Source: Prevotella sp. (GTDB lineage: Bacteria > Bacteroidota > Bacteroidia > Bacteroidales > Bacteroidaceae). Taken from it: 64,000 nucleotides of DNA. Each line of letters opens with the position of its first letter. Positions within the stretch are counted from its first letter, which is position 1. Location: positions 29 to 64,028 of the forward strand of contig JAFRPY010000005.1 of the NCBI GenBank assembly GCA_017428925.1, given 5' to 3'. Below the pieces are notes generated by a model that saw only the letters and a list, made by a program, of their open reading frames with translations, was not told the DNA's origin and did no database searches. A program made the translations under genes and the position numbers. Below are positions 1-9,663 of the stretch, one piece after another.

Positions 1-373
1 AATTTGACAAATAGATAGTCATAAAACAGCGGCATTCAGCGATTATTTTTGCTAGTTGAAGCAATCGAGGATGGCGATGCACAAAAATAGATCCTTATGA
101 ATTATTCAGGTTAAATGCAGGGCTTCCACACTGTAAATGCAACGTTTCCGCCCAGCGGAAGCATGGTTTCCGCTGATAAACAGATTTCTATTTGCCGATA
201 AAAAACACTCAAAAATTGCGCGATTTTATTAACCGCTTGACTATCAATAATATACGAAAAGTGCCCAAAACTCGCGTATTTGGCGACCAACTGGCAGTCG
301 ATTGATTTTACGCGAGTATTGAGCCGAAAATTCGGAATTTATTTGAAAAAAGCGAGTCTGACGGCGAATAGAA

Positions 374-405
374 TTTGGTTGTTTCGCAGATTTTTATTAA
401 ATTTG
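374..405 (+). promoter_or_regulatory. Bacteroidetes sigma-A promoter of the parC operon
   Basis: TTTG (374-377), 20-bp spacer, TAAATTTG (398-405), 19 bp before the ATG. Confidence 0.75.
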
Positions 406-424
406 CACTCACAATTCAAGAATC

Positions 425-3250
425 ATGGACGATAAAATCAAAGATATTAACCTGAACGACGAAGAAAAGTCCGATGGCCCCAATGAAGATGGCCATGTTT
501 CCGACGAACAAAACGAAGAAAAGTCACTGGCACCAGAAGGTTCCTCAACCGACGATTCCGACCTTGCCGACAGCACTTCCTCCGGTGAAGCCCACTCCGA
601 CTATAAGCCCGTGAACCGTTTCGATGCCGCTGCCGTTCATCATTTGAGCGGAATGTATCAGAACTGGTTCCTCGACTACGCTTCGTATGTCATCCTGGAG
701 CGCGCCGTCCCCCACATCGAAGACGGACTGAAGCCCGTTCAGCGGCGCATCCTCCACTCCATGAAACGCATGGACGACGGGCGATACAACAAGGTGGCCA
801 ACATCGTGGGCCACACGATGCAGTTCCATCCCCACGGCGATGCCTCCATCGGCGACGCGCTGGTGCAGATGGGACAAAAGGACCTGCTGGTCGATACACA
901 GGGAAACTGGGGTAACATCCTCACCGGCGACCGTGCCGCGGCTCCACGATATATCGAGGCCCGACTGTCGAAATTCGCTCTCGACGTGGCTTTCAATCCC
1001 AAGACCACCGAATGGCAGCTGAGCTACGACGGCCGCAACAAGGAGCCTATCACGCTGCCCGCCAAGTTCCCCCTGCTGCTGGCACAGGGCGCCGAAGGCA
1101 TTGCCGTGGGCCTTTCTTCCAAGATTCTGCCCCACAATTTCAACGACATTTGCGATGCTGCCATCAAGTATCTGCACGGGCAGGAATTCCAGCTTTATCC
1201 CGATTTTCCAACGGGAGGAAGCATCGACGTCTCGAAATACAACGACGGCCAGCGGGGCGGTGTCCTGAAAGTGAGGGCGAAAATCGAGAAACTCGACCAG
1301 AAGACGCTCGTCATCCGCGACCTGCCTTTCTCAAAAACCGTGGCCACCCTGTGCGAAAGCATCACCAAGGCCATCGAAAAAGGAAAGATCAAGGCCAAGA
1401 ATGTGACCGACCTAACCTCGGCAAACGTCGAGATTCAGGTGCTGCTCTCGCCCGGCGTGTCGAGCGACAAGACCATCGATGCGCTCTATGCGTTCTCTGA
1501 TTGCGAGATAAACATCTCGCCCAACTGCTGTGTCATCGAGGACAACAAACCGCAGTTCCTGACGGTTTCCGATGTGCTCCGCCACTCTGTCGACCGCACG
1601 ATGGGACTCTTGCGCCGCGAACTGGAAATCAGGAAGGGAGAACTGATGGAGCAGCTGCACTTCAGCTCATTAGAGAGAATCTTCATCGAGGAGCGCATCT
1701 ACAAAGACAAGAAATTCGAAAACGCGCCCAACATGGACGCCGTCTGCGAGCATATCGACGACAGGCTCACGCCATACTATCCGCAGATGATTCGCGAGGT
1801 AACCAAAGAAGACATCCTGCGGCTCATGGAAATCAAGATGCAACGCATACTGAAGTTCAACAAGGACAAGGCCGACGAACTCATTGCCCGCATCAAAGAA
1901 GAGATTGAGGAGATTGACAGGCAACTCTCGAACATGGTGGAAGTGACCGTCGACTGGTTCCAGTTCCTCAAGGATAAATACGGTGCCGAACACCCACGCC
2001 TCACGGAAATCAAGAACTTCGACACCATCGAGGCCGCCAAGGTGGCTGAAGCCAACGAGAAACTCTACATCAACCGCCAGGAAGGATTCATCGGAACGGG
2101 CATGAAGAAAGACGAGTTCGTGTGCAACTGCTCAGACATCGACGACATTATCATTTTCTACAAAGACGGAAAATACAAGGTCATCCGTGTGGCCGAAAAG
2201 ATATTCGTGGGCAAAAACATCCTGCACGTGGCCGTGTTCAAGAAGAACGACAAGCGCACCACCTACAACGTTGTCTATCGCGACGGCAAGCAAGGCCCAT
2301 ACTACATCAAGCGTTTCAACGTCACTTCGATAACGCGCGACAAGGAATACGACATCACACAGGGCACACCTGGCTCGAAACTGTTCTACTTTACTTCGAA
2401 TCCCAACGGCGAGGCAGAAATCATCAAGATTTCGCTCGACCCATTGGGAAAGCTGAAGAAGCTGTTCATGGAAAAGGATTTCTCAGAAGTAATGATCAAG
2501 GGACGCGTCTCGAAAGGCAACCTGCTGACCAAGCGCCCCGTGAACCGAATATCGCTAAAGAGCCACGGGCACAGCACGCTCGGCGGCCGCAAGGTGTGGT
2601 TCGACCCCGACATCAACCGCCTAAACCACGACGAACACGGCAGGTTCCTCGGTGAATTCTACGACGAAGACCAGATTTTAGTAGTGCTCGACAACGGCGA
2701 ATTCTATGTAACGAACTTCGATGTAAACAACCACTACGAGGAGAACATCCTGCTCATAGAGAAATATCAGCCAGAGAAAGTGTGGACAGCCGTGCTCTAC
2801 GATGCCGACCAACAGGGTTATCCCTACCTGAAGCGGTTCCTTATGGAGGCATCGAAGCGCAAACAGAACTGGCTCAGCGAGAATGCCAACTCGCAACTGA
2901 TACTGCTCACCGACAAAGCCTATCCGCGCATCAAGGTCACTTTCGGCGGTAACGACGCCTTCCGCGAGCCAATGGTAATCGAAGCCGAAGAGTTTGTGGG
3001 CGTAAAGGGATTCAAGGCCAGGGGCAAGCGTCTCACCAACTTGTCCATTGCCTCCATAGTGGAACTGGAGCCGCTGCGCTTCCCTGAAGTACCGGAAGAG
3101 CCGAGCGAGCAAGAAAACGAACAGCCCGTTGAAGCCGACGAAGAATCGCCTCAGGAAGAGGTTCCAATTCCAGAAAAAGAAAAAAGCGAACGGCAGATAA
3201 AGGCAGGACAGACGGGACAACTGTCACTTTTCGATGACGAAGACTTGTAA
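425..3250 (+). CDS. parC: DNA topoisomerase IV subunit A
   Basis: GyrA/ParC motifs RAVPHIEDGLKPVQRRIL, HPHGDASI, AAPRYIEARL (catalytic Tyr). The divergent sequence and the DUF3316/S41 neighbours fit Bacteroidetes ParC rather than GyrA. Confidence 0.9.
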   Translation: MDDKIKDINLNDEEKSDGPNEDGHVSDEQNEEKSLAPEGSSTDDSDLADSTSSGEAHSDYKPVNRFDAAAVHHLSGMYQNWFLDYASYVILERAVPHIEDGLKPVQRRILHSMKRMDDGRYNKVANIVGHTMQFHPHGDASIGDALVQMGQKDLLVDTQGNWGNILTGDRAAAPRYIEARLSKFALDVAFNPKTTEWQLSYDGRNKEPITLPAKFPLLLAQGAEGIAVGLSSKILPHNFNDICDAAIKYLHGQEFQLYPDFPTGGSIDVSKYNDGQRGGVLKVRAKIEKLDQKTLVIRDLPFSKTVATLCESITKAIEKGKIKAKNVTDLTSANVEIQVLLSPGVSSDKTIDALYAFSDCEINISPNCCVIEDNKPQFLTVSDVLRHSVDRTMGLLRRELEIRKGELMEQLHFSSLERIFIEERIYKDKKFENAPNMDAVCEHIDDRLTPYYPQMIREVTKEDILRLMEIKMQRILKFNKDKADELIARIKEEIEEIDRQLSNMVEVTVDWFQFLKDKYGAEHPRLTEIKNFDTIEAAKVAEANEKLYINRQEGFIGTGMKKDEFVCNCSDIDDIIIFYKDGKYKVIRVAEKIFVGKNILHVAVFKKNDKRTTYNVVYRDGKQGPYYIKRFNVTSITRDKEYDITQGTPGSKLFYFTSNPNGEAEIIKISLDPLGKLKKLFMEKDFSEVMIKGRVSKGNLLTKRPVNRISLKSHGHSTLGGRKVWFDPDINRLNHDEHGRFLGEFYDEDQILVVLDNGEFYVTNFDVNNHYEENILLIEKYQPEKVWTAVLYDADQQGYPYLKRFLMEASKRKQNWLSENANSQLILLTDKAYPRIKVTFGGNDAFREPMVIEAEEFVGVKGFKARGKRLTNLSIASIVELEPLRFPEVPEEPSEQENEQPVEADEESPQEEVPIPEKEKSERQIKAGQTGQLSLFDDEDL

Positions 3251-3256
3251 ACAGAC

Positions 3257-4105
3257 ATGAAAAGCAGATATTTCAGCATCATGGGGGACGCCATGCTTCT
3301 TTTCATTGCCATGATTGCCAATGCCCAGGAACCGATGATGACGCATCAGCCCCGTCAAAGGTTCACCTTGATTGGCATCGGACAGGCGAAGATGCTCGAC
3401 ACTTATCTCTCCAACGAAAACTATTCGGGAACCGAGTTGCGCATGGTTTCGCAGACAGAGAAATGGCATTACCGCGAGGCTTTAAAGGAAAGTGAGCGCA
3501 AAGACACTGTAGACCACTTCTGGTCGCATGCTTTCCGTCATCAGCTATCGCTCCAGTACACCCATCCACGCTCGAACGACTGCAACTATTTAGGAGGACT
3601 CTACGCCTGCATCTTCAATTATTCGCACAACTGGAACCGCTGGATTGCTGGTCATCACATGACGTTCCAGGCGGGATTGCAGGCCGAATTGGGGTTGGGA
3701 TTCCTCTATTCCACCCGTAACACCAACAACCCGGCTCAGGCAAGAGCCTATCTGAATGCAGGGCCTGCCGTATCGGTCAACTATCCTTTCCATGCCTTCC
3801 GCATGCGCCGTCCGTTAGCGTTACGCTACGAAGTGAATGCTCCGCTGCTGGGCATTCTCTTCTCGCCGAACTACGGACAGAGCTATTACGAGATTTTCAC
3901 GCGCGGCAACTATGACCACAACTGTGTGCTGACAACGCCCTTCAATGCCCCTACCCTCAGGCAAATGCTCACGCTCGACGTTCAGCTGAAGCCCTTTACC
4001 ATGCGTTTGGGCTATATCGGCGACTATGAGCAGGCCAAGGTGAATAGCCTGAAGTATCATACCTACAGCCATCTTTTCACCATTGGATTCGTCAAGAACC
4101 TGTAA
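3257..4105 (+). CDS. Exported beta-rich protein, DUF3316-like
   Basis: Signal peptide; motifs LDTYLS...YSG, NTNNPAQA, FSPNYGQSYYEIF; usual position after parC. Confidence 0.7.
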   Translation: MKSRYFSIMGDAMLLFIAMIANAQEPMMTHQPRQRFTLIGIGQAKMLDTYLSNENYSGTELRMVSQTEKWHYREALKESERKDTVDHFWSHAFRHQLSLQYTHPRSNDCNYLGGLYACIFNYSHNWNRWIAGHHMTFQAGLQAELGLGFLYSTRNTNNPAQARAYLNAGPAVSVNYPFHAFRMRRPLALRYEVNAPLLGILFSPNYGQSYYEIFTRGNYDHNCVLTTPFNAPTLRQMLTLDVQLKPFTMRLGYIGDYEQAKVNSLKYHTYSHLFTIGFVKNL

Positions 4106-4127
4106 CTTTCACTTACGAAGAACAAAA

Positions 4128-5204
4128 ATGAAAAAAATATCATCAGCCAAGACTAAAGTAAAAGCAAGGCGCAAAGACCATCACAGGAAGACAATCTATA
4201 AGATTGTTGTTTTTTGCGTGATACTTTTTACGCTGCTTACAGGGCTAACTTCGTGCGTTAAAGAAGAGGAATTCAGCGACAATGCACGCGGAAACTTCGA
4301 GGCGCTATGGAAGATTATGGACGAGCACTACTGTTTCTTTGGTGAAAAGAACATCGACTGGAATGCCATCCATGCCAAATATTCGCCAATGGTCAACGAC
4401 AACATGACCACCGCGCAACTTTTCGAAGTACTTTCCAACATGCTTGGCGAACTCAAGGACGGGCACGTAAACCTGTACTCCTCGTTCGACGTGGGGCGCA
4501 ACTGGTCGTGGCACGAGGACTATCCTTCCAATTTCAGCGACACCTTATATACTAAATATATGGGCACCGACTATCAGATTGCAGGCATCTTGCACTATCG
4601 TGTGCTCGACGACAATATCGGATACGTGCGCTGCTCATCGTTCGCGAACAGCATCGGGGGTGGAAATCTCGACAACGTACTCAACAATCTGGCTCCTTGC
4701 CGCGGACTCATCCTTGACATTCGCGACAACAGCGGAGGATTGCTCACCGATGCCGAGATGCTTGCTTCGCGATTCACCAACGAGGAACTCCTTGTGGGCT
4801 ATATCCAGCACAAGACGGGAACCGGCCACAATGAATTCTCGGAACTCGATGAACAAAAGCTAAAACCGTCGAATGGACTTCGCTGGCAGAAACGAGTCAT
4901 TGTGCTCACCAACCGCCAAGTATTCAGTGCTGCCAACGAATTCGTGAAGTACATAAAATGCTGTCCGCTGGCCACTGTCGTGGGCGACCGTACGGGCGGC
5001 GGTGCCGGAATGCCTTTTTCTTCGGAACTGCCCAACGGATGGGGTGTCCGTTTCTCGGCATGTCCCATGTACGACCGCAACAAGCAAAGCACAGAATTCG
5101 GCATTCAGCCCGACTATGAGGTTAATCTTTCGCATGAAGATTTCCTCAAAGGCATCGACACCATCATAGAATATGCCCGCAACCTGATAAACCAAAAACT
5201 ATAA
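4128..5204 (+). CDS. S41 family peptidase (lipoprotein)
   Basis: Lipobox LTSC; NFEALW...DEHYCFF, LILDIRDNSGG, FSAANEF, GDRTGGG, GIQPD; start inferred at ATG 4128. Confidence 0.85.
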   Translation: MKKISSAKTKVKARRKDHHRKTIYKIVVFCVILFTLLTGLTSCVKEEEFSDNARGNFEALWKIMDEHYCFFGEKNIDWNAIHAKYSPMVNDNMTTAQLFEVLSNMLGELKDGHVNLYSSFDVGRNWSWHEDYPSNFSDTLYTKYMGTDYQIAGILHYRVLDDNIGYVRCSSFANSIGGGNLDNVLNNLAPCRGLILDIRDNSGGLLTDAEMLASRFTNEELLVGYIQHKTGTGHNEFSELDEQKLKPSNGLRWQKRVIVLTNRQVFSAANEFVKYIKCCPLATVVGDRTGGGAGMPFSSELPNGWGVRFSACPMYDRNKQSTEFGIQPDYEVNLSHEDFLKGIDTIIEYARNLINQKL

Positions 5205-5216
5205 TATCTCTTCCGG

Positions 5217-5999
5217 ATGATTGAACTCAGGAACCTCACCATAGGCTATCAGCAGAAAGGCAACAGGAAAATAGTGGCCTCAAACATCAACGCTACCCTG
5301 TGCAGCGGCCGTCTCACCTGCTTGATTGGTTCCAACGGCATTGGCAAGAGCACCCTGCTACGCACGTTGTCAGCCTTCCAGCCTCCCCTCGAAGGCGACA
5401 TCATGGTTTCACCCCCGGGTGTTTCCCTGTCTACACTTACCCACCACGACCTGTCGCGTCTCATCGGCGTAGTGCTCACCGAAAAGCCCGACGTTCAGAA
5501 CATGACCGTCTACGAACTTGTTGGTATTGGACGCTCGCCCTACACGGGATTCTGGGGCAGGCTTACGAAGGAAGACCGGCAAATTGTGGAAGAAAGCCTT
5601 CGGATGGTAGGAATCGAATCACTCTCCGAACGTTTCATCCAGACACTTTCTGATGGAGAACGCCAGAAAATGATGGTGGCCAAAGCACTTGCCCAACAAA
5701 CGCCCGTCATCTATCTCGACGAGCCCACCGCCTTCCTCGACTATCCTTCGAAGGTCGACATGCTCCAGCTGCTGAAGCGACTTGCCCATGAAACCCAGAA
5801 AACTATCTTCCTCTCTACCCACGACATGGAGCTTGCCCTGCAGATTGCCGACGAACTATGGCTAATGTCCCCCTCACCTATCACCATCGGCACCCCCAGA
5901 CAACTGGCAGCCAATGGCACATTAAGCCAGTTCATAGACCGCCCCGGCATTCACTTAGATACGAAAACATTAGCCATCAAAGTAACAAATACCGAATAA
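5217..5999 (+). CDS. ABC transporter ATP-binding protein (iron-chelate/cobalamin type)
   Basis: Walker A GSNGIGKST, LSDGERQK, LDEPTAFLD, STHD. Confidence 0.9.
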   Translation: MIELRNLTIGYQQKGNRKIVASNINATLCSGRLTCLIGSNGIGKSTLLRTLSAFQPPLEGDIMVSPPGVSLSTLTHHDLSRLIGVVLTEKPDVQNMTVYELVGIGRSPYTGFWGRLTKEDRQIVEESLRMVGIESLSERFIQTLSDGERQKMMVAKALAQQTPVIYLDEPTAFLDYPSKVDMLQLLKRLAHETQKTIFLSTHDMELALQIADELWLMSPSPITIGTPRQLAANGTLSQFIDRPGIHLDTKTLAIKVTNTE

Positions 6000-6000
6000 A

Positions 6001-6032
6001 TTTGGCTGTTTCACAAAAATAATGTATTTTTG
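6001..6032 (+). promoter_or_regulatory. Promoter of tRNA-Leu
   Basis: TTTG (6001-6004), 20 bp, TATTTTTG (6025-6032). Confidence 0.75.
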
Positions 6033-6042
6033 CAAACGGAAT

Positions 6043-6124
6043 GCGCCTGTGGCGGAATTGGTAGACGCGCTAGACTTAGGATCTAGTGTCTCCTGACGTG
6101 CAGGTTCGAGTCCTGTCAGGCGCA
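6043..6124 (+). tRNA. tRNA-Leu (TAG)
   Basis: Acceptor stem GCGCCTG/CAGGCGC, D-loop with TGGTAGAC, anticodon arm CTAGA-CTTAGGA-TCTAG, long variable arm, T-loop GTTCGAGTC. Confidence 0.97.
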
Positions 6125-6130
6125 CCCATG

Positions 6131-6163
6131 AGGCCACCCCCAGCCCCTCCCAAAGGGAGGGGA
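6131..6163. repeat. REP-like GC-rich palindrome (CCCCTCCC-AAA-GGGAGGGG)
   Basis: Perfect 8-bp stem; same family as the two copies at 37065-37224. Confidence 0.75.
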
Positions 6164-6182
6164 TTTCTTGAAACTTATATTA

Positions 6183-6773
6183 ATGATTAGAATAGTTAGA
6201 TGGCATATATGCAATTATCTGCTGCTGACAGCATTCCTGATGTTGCCGAGCTGTAGCATATACGCCCAGGAACGCGAAGAGTCAATCCTATTACGTACAA
6301 ACATCCTCCGCTGGGCAACACTCACCCCCGACATCGGCGTCGAGTGGCAGCTCAACAAGGAATGGAGTATTTTGGCCAATGCCACCTACACCCGATGGAG
6401 TTGGAAAGACAACAACCGCCGATTTGCCCAGAAAGAGTTTGCCGGAGAAATCAGGCACTATATGGGCTATATGTCTACGCAGCTTCCCTGGTACGTAGGA
6501 CTGATGATCCACGGCGGACAGTACAATTTCGGACTGACTGACACAGGCCGTCAGGGTGACTATATGGGAGGAGGCATTACCGCAGGCTACCGCCTCCGTC
6601 TGCACAACAAACGTTTCTTCATTGACTTCGGAGGAGGACTTGGCCTGACACATGCCACCATCGAGAAGTATAAGACCATCGACGGCGTACGCTACCTGAC
6701 AGGTGAAGATGAAACGAACTATTTTGGCATCAACAAGCTCTCTGTGGCTATTGTGTGGAACTTCTTAAAATAG
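6183..6773 (+). CDS. DUF3575-like outer-membrane beta-barrel protein
   Basis: Signal peptide, LRTNILRWATLTPDIGVEW start, aromatic amphipathic strands, C-terminal AIVWNF; typical first gene of Bacteroidales pilus loci; start uncertain (6168 or 6183). Confidence 0.75.
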   Translation: MIRIVRWHICNYLLLTAFLMLPSCSIYAQEREESILLRTNILRWATLTPDIGVEWQLNKEWSILANATYTRWSWKDNNRRFAQKEFAGEIRHYMGYMSTQLPWYVGLMIHGGQYNFGLTDTGRQGDYMGGGITAGYRLRLHNKRFFIDFGGGLGLTHATIEKYKTIDGVRYLTGEDETNYFGINKLSVAIVWNFLK

Positions 6774-6782
6774 GACAAGGCA

Positions 6783-7703
6783 ATGAAAAAGCATATCCAC
6801 AACATACTCCTGAGTATGGCCACGCTGCTCGCATTGGCATCGTGCGTGAAGGACAACCTTCTTTTGCTGCCCGACGACGACCCCGACTATTTCAACCCCA
6901 ACGAATGGAAAATGGGAAGCATGGTCGTCAAGACCGACTGGAGCAGGACAGACCAAGGCACCGTACCCACAGACAACTATTACATCCTGCTCAACGACAA
7001 CACATATACCGTCAGCGGAGCTACCAACACCTTCCGCCATCTTCATCCAGAAGATTACAAAGTAATCGCCTTCTACGACCCCACAGGAATCACCATTGCG
7101 AACAATGTGGCAACCGTAAACAAAGAGAGCGACGGCACCCTGCTCCGTATGCCCGGCATGCTGACGGTTTCCGACTATCAGGATGCAAAGGTGATGCGTG
7201 GCGACACCACATACGTCAACCTCACTATGCGACAATTGGTACACGAGGTAAAGGTGACCATCTACATGCGGCCTGGCGACGAGCAGACCGTAACGAACAT
7301 CACAGGCTCCATCGACGGCATTGCACAAGCCGTTGACATCACCAACGGAACGGTTGTATCCGACTATAACAGCATAATCACCCTGCCCCTTGTCCTCACA
7401 TACGTACCCTACAACGGCACCGAGGAAACACTAAAAGGTCAGCAAGTGCCTGCCTACACCTGCACCATTCGCATCATCGACATTATCCCGTCTTCCACCC
7501 AGCCCTTGGAACTTCACATAACTTATTCCGACGGCTCTGAAGAGAAACAGACCATCAATTTGGAGAACATCCTCGATGGAATCAACAAGAAGGAAGATAC
7601 CACCGAAGTGGGGCTCGACCTCATCATCAACGACGAGATGCACATCAACTCCACCATCATCGACTGGCACATTGTCGACGAGGGCCATCACGACGTGAAA
7701 TAA
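6783..7703 (+). CDS. Fimbrial anchor/assembly lipoprotein (FimB/Mfa2- or DUF5119-like)
   Basis: Lipobox LASC-VKD, beta-rich body, C-terminal STIIDW strand, position in a pilin operon. Confidence 0.6.
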   Translation: MKKHIHNILLSMATLLALASCVKDNLLLLPDDDPDYFNPNEWKMGSMVVKTDWSRTDQGTVPTDNYYILLNDNTYTVSGATNTFRHLHPEDYKVIAFYDPTGITIANNVATVNKESDGTLLRMPGMLTVSDYQDAKVMRGDTTYVNLTMRQLVHEVKVTIYMRPGDEQTVTNITGSIDGIAQAVDITNGTVVSDYNSIITLPLVLTYVPYNGTEETLKGQQVPAYTCTIRIIDIIPSSTQPLELHITYSDGSEEKQTINLENILDGINKKEDTTEVGLDLIINDEMHINSTIIDWHIVDEGHHDVK

Positions 7704-7734
7704 ACCCATGCTATTACTAATAAAATAAAAAACA

Positions 7735-8664
7735 ATGATCAAATACATGAAAAGAACATTTTCGATAAACATCTCCATGGCAACGATAGTGTGTGCCATG
7801 ATGACTACAGCCTTGTTTTCTTCATGCAGCAATGACGAAGAACAAATTGTGGAGAACCAGCAGAAGCCCGTGGAACTTAAGATTACCGCTGACATTTCTA
7901 CACGAGCCGCCAACGCATCATGGACGAGCGGCGACAAGATTGGCGTATTCTCTATGGACGGGACAACGCCTTCATACAGTAACATGTCGTACACCACGGC
8001 TACCGGCAACGGAAGTTTCACGCCAAGTCAGGAAGACCAGACGATCATGCTGCCCCACGACGGCGAGAGCCGCACAATAGCAGCCTACTATCCGTTCACT
8101 GCCGCAGCCGCTTCTGGTACATACGACATCGATGTCAGCAACCAAAACAATCAGGAAGCCATCGATTTGCTCATTGCCAAACCCGTCAGCAATGTCTCAA
8201 AGACAAGTCCCGTTGCAGCACTTGAGTTCCACCACAAGCTGGTGAAAATGCACCTCACGATAAGCCCCGGCGAAGGCATCACCTCAGCACAGCTGGCCAG
8301 CATGACGGTCACCATCAGCAACCAGCCGACCACAGGAACCTGCGATGTTATCAACAACGGCAACGTCATCGTCACGTCTGCCACCACCTCCACCATTACG
8401 CTGTTGACTACCAACAACGGCACTTCCTGCGAGGCCATCCTCCTGCCTGCCAATTCGACGGCGAACATGATACTCACCTTCAACATTCCAAACGCAGGTG
8501 TCTATAAGTGGGCGGTGAACAGCGCTGCTAAATCGCAATCCTTTGATGCTGGAAACAAGTACAAATATGATATCAGCATCAACAAAACCTCCATCATTGT
8601 AAATGCCAGCATCGAAGACTGGACTCAAGGCAACGGAAGTGGAGAGAACGGTAACGCCATCTAA
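7735..8664 (+). CDS. Fimbrillin-family (type V pilin) lipoprotein
   Basis: Lipobox SSC-SNDEE, STR|A site, W..GDKIGVF, AYYPF, DLL, F.HKL, C-terminal ASIEDW. Confidence 0.85.
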   Translation: MIKYMKRTFSINISMATIVCAMMTTALFSSCSNDEEQIVENQQKPVELKITADISTRAANASWTSGDKIGVFSMDGTTPSYSNMSYTTATGNGSFTPSQEDQTIMLPHDGESRTIAAYYPFTAAAASGTYDIDVSNQNNQEAIDLLIAKPVSNVSKTSPVAALEFHHKLVKMHLTISPGEGITSAQLASMTVTISNQPTTGTCDVINNGNVIVTSATTSTITLLTTNNGTSCEAILLPANSTANMILTFNIPNAGVYKWAVNSAAKSQSFDAGNKYKYDISINKTSIIVNASIEDWTQGNGSGENGNAI

Positions 8665-8692
8665 ATTCAAACAAAACAAGAAAAAAAACGAT

Positions 8693-9652
8693 ATGAAAAA
8701 GTATATTATCCTTGCAACAGCAGCCTTAGCATTGGCAGCATGCAATAGTGAACAAGAGAACGAGAAGGTTTGGGATGGTGAAATCCGTCTGAGTTCAGTA
8801 AGTATTTCCCAGTTGACGCGCGCTGCGGGACAAGATATCCAATCAACCCTTTTCGACAGTGGAGAGAATGTGGATGTTTTCATTAATGAGAACACCACCG
8901 GAACAGCCTCGACAACCTACACCCAGCCATTGACGTATACCACAGGCACCGGCGGTTCGCTGACGGCACCCTCTCCACAGTTATTTCCCTCAAGCGGCAA
9001 CGGCGTCAATATCTACGCTGTCTATCCTTCTGGAGCTGCATCCAACGTAAACGGAACAGATGTGGCTTTCTCCGTAAAAACCGATCAGAGCACAGATGAC
9101 AATTACAAAGCAAGTGATTTGATGACCGGTGCTCCTGCGAGCAATCCTGTTGAACGCACGGCAACCACTATTCCATTGGTGTTCAAGCACTGTCTGACCA
9201 AAATTAACCTGAATATCTATCCAGGCGAAGGTTTCACAATGGATGCACTCGCTGGAGCAAAAGTTTCTATCAGCGGTGCCACGCCAAATGCCACCTTCAA
9301 TGTCAAGACCGGAGCCGTTACTTCTGTTTCCTCTGCAGGTGCTGGTGCACCAGTCATCGATTTGGGAACCCTGAATGCACCAGGAAACAATCCGTACATC
9401 AGCGGCAGTGCGATTATCATACCACAGACGATTGCTGCTGGCACAAAATTCATTTATATCACCATTGGTGTAAACCCGGCAACCAACCTTGTCTACACAT
9501 TGCCGACAAGTGCTGCAACCACCTTTGAAGCCGCAAAAGTATACACCTTCAACATCACCGCAAGAATGTCGGGACTATCCATTACCAGCTCTACCATTAC
9601 TGACTGGGTTGACGGTGGAACATTCACCGGCGATGCCGTACCAGCCAATTAA
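8693..9652 (+). CDS. Fimbrillin-family (type V pilin) lipoprotein
   Basis: MKKYIILATAALALAAC lipobox, LTR|A, IYAVYP, DQS...YKASDLM, FKHCLTKI, STITDW; start at ATG 8693. Confidence 0.85.
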   Translation: MKKYIILATAALALAACNSEQENEKVWDGEIRLSSVSISQLTRAAGQDIQSTLFDSGENVDVFINENTTGTASTTYTQPLTYTTGTGGSLTAPSPQLFPSSGNGVNIYAVYPSGAASNVNGTDVAFSVKTDQSTDDNYKASDLMTGAPASNPVERTATTIPLVFKHCLTKINLNIYPGEGFTMDALAGAKVSISGATPNATFNVKTGAVTSVSSAGAGAPVIDLGTLNAPGNNPYISGSAIIIPQTIAAGTKFIYITIGVNPATNLVYTLPTSAATTFEAAKVYTFNITARMSGLSITSSTITDWVDGGTFTGDAVPAN

Positions 9653-9663
9653 CATATAACAAT

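Noticed and set aside
5217-5999. Orphan ABC ATPase as part of a novel system
   Set aside because: Ordinary iron-chelate/cobalamin-type ATPase; its partners are probably encoded elsewhere.
6043-6170. Integrative element or prophage at tRNA-Leu (also considered at tRNA-Val)
   Set aside because: No integrase, phage or conjugation genes, and no duplicated tRNA 3' end was noticed.
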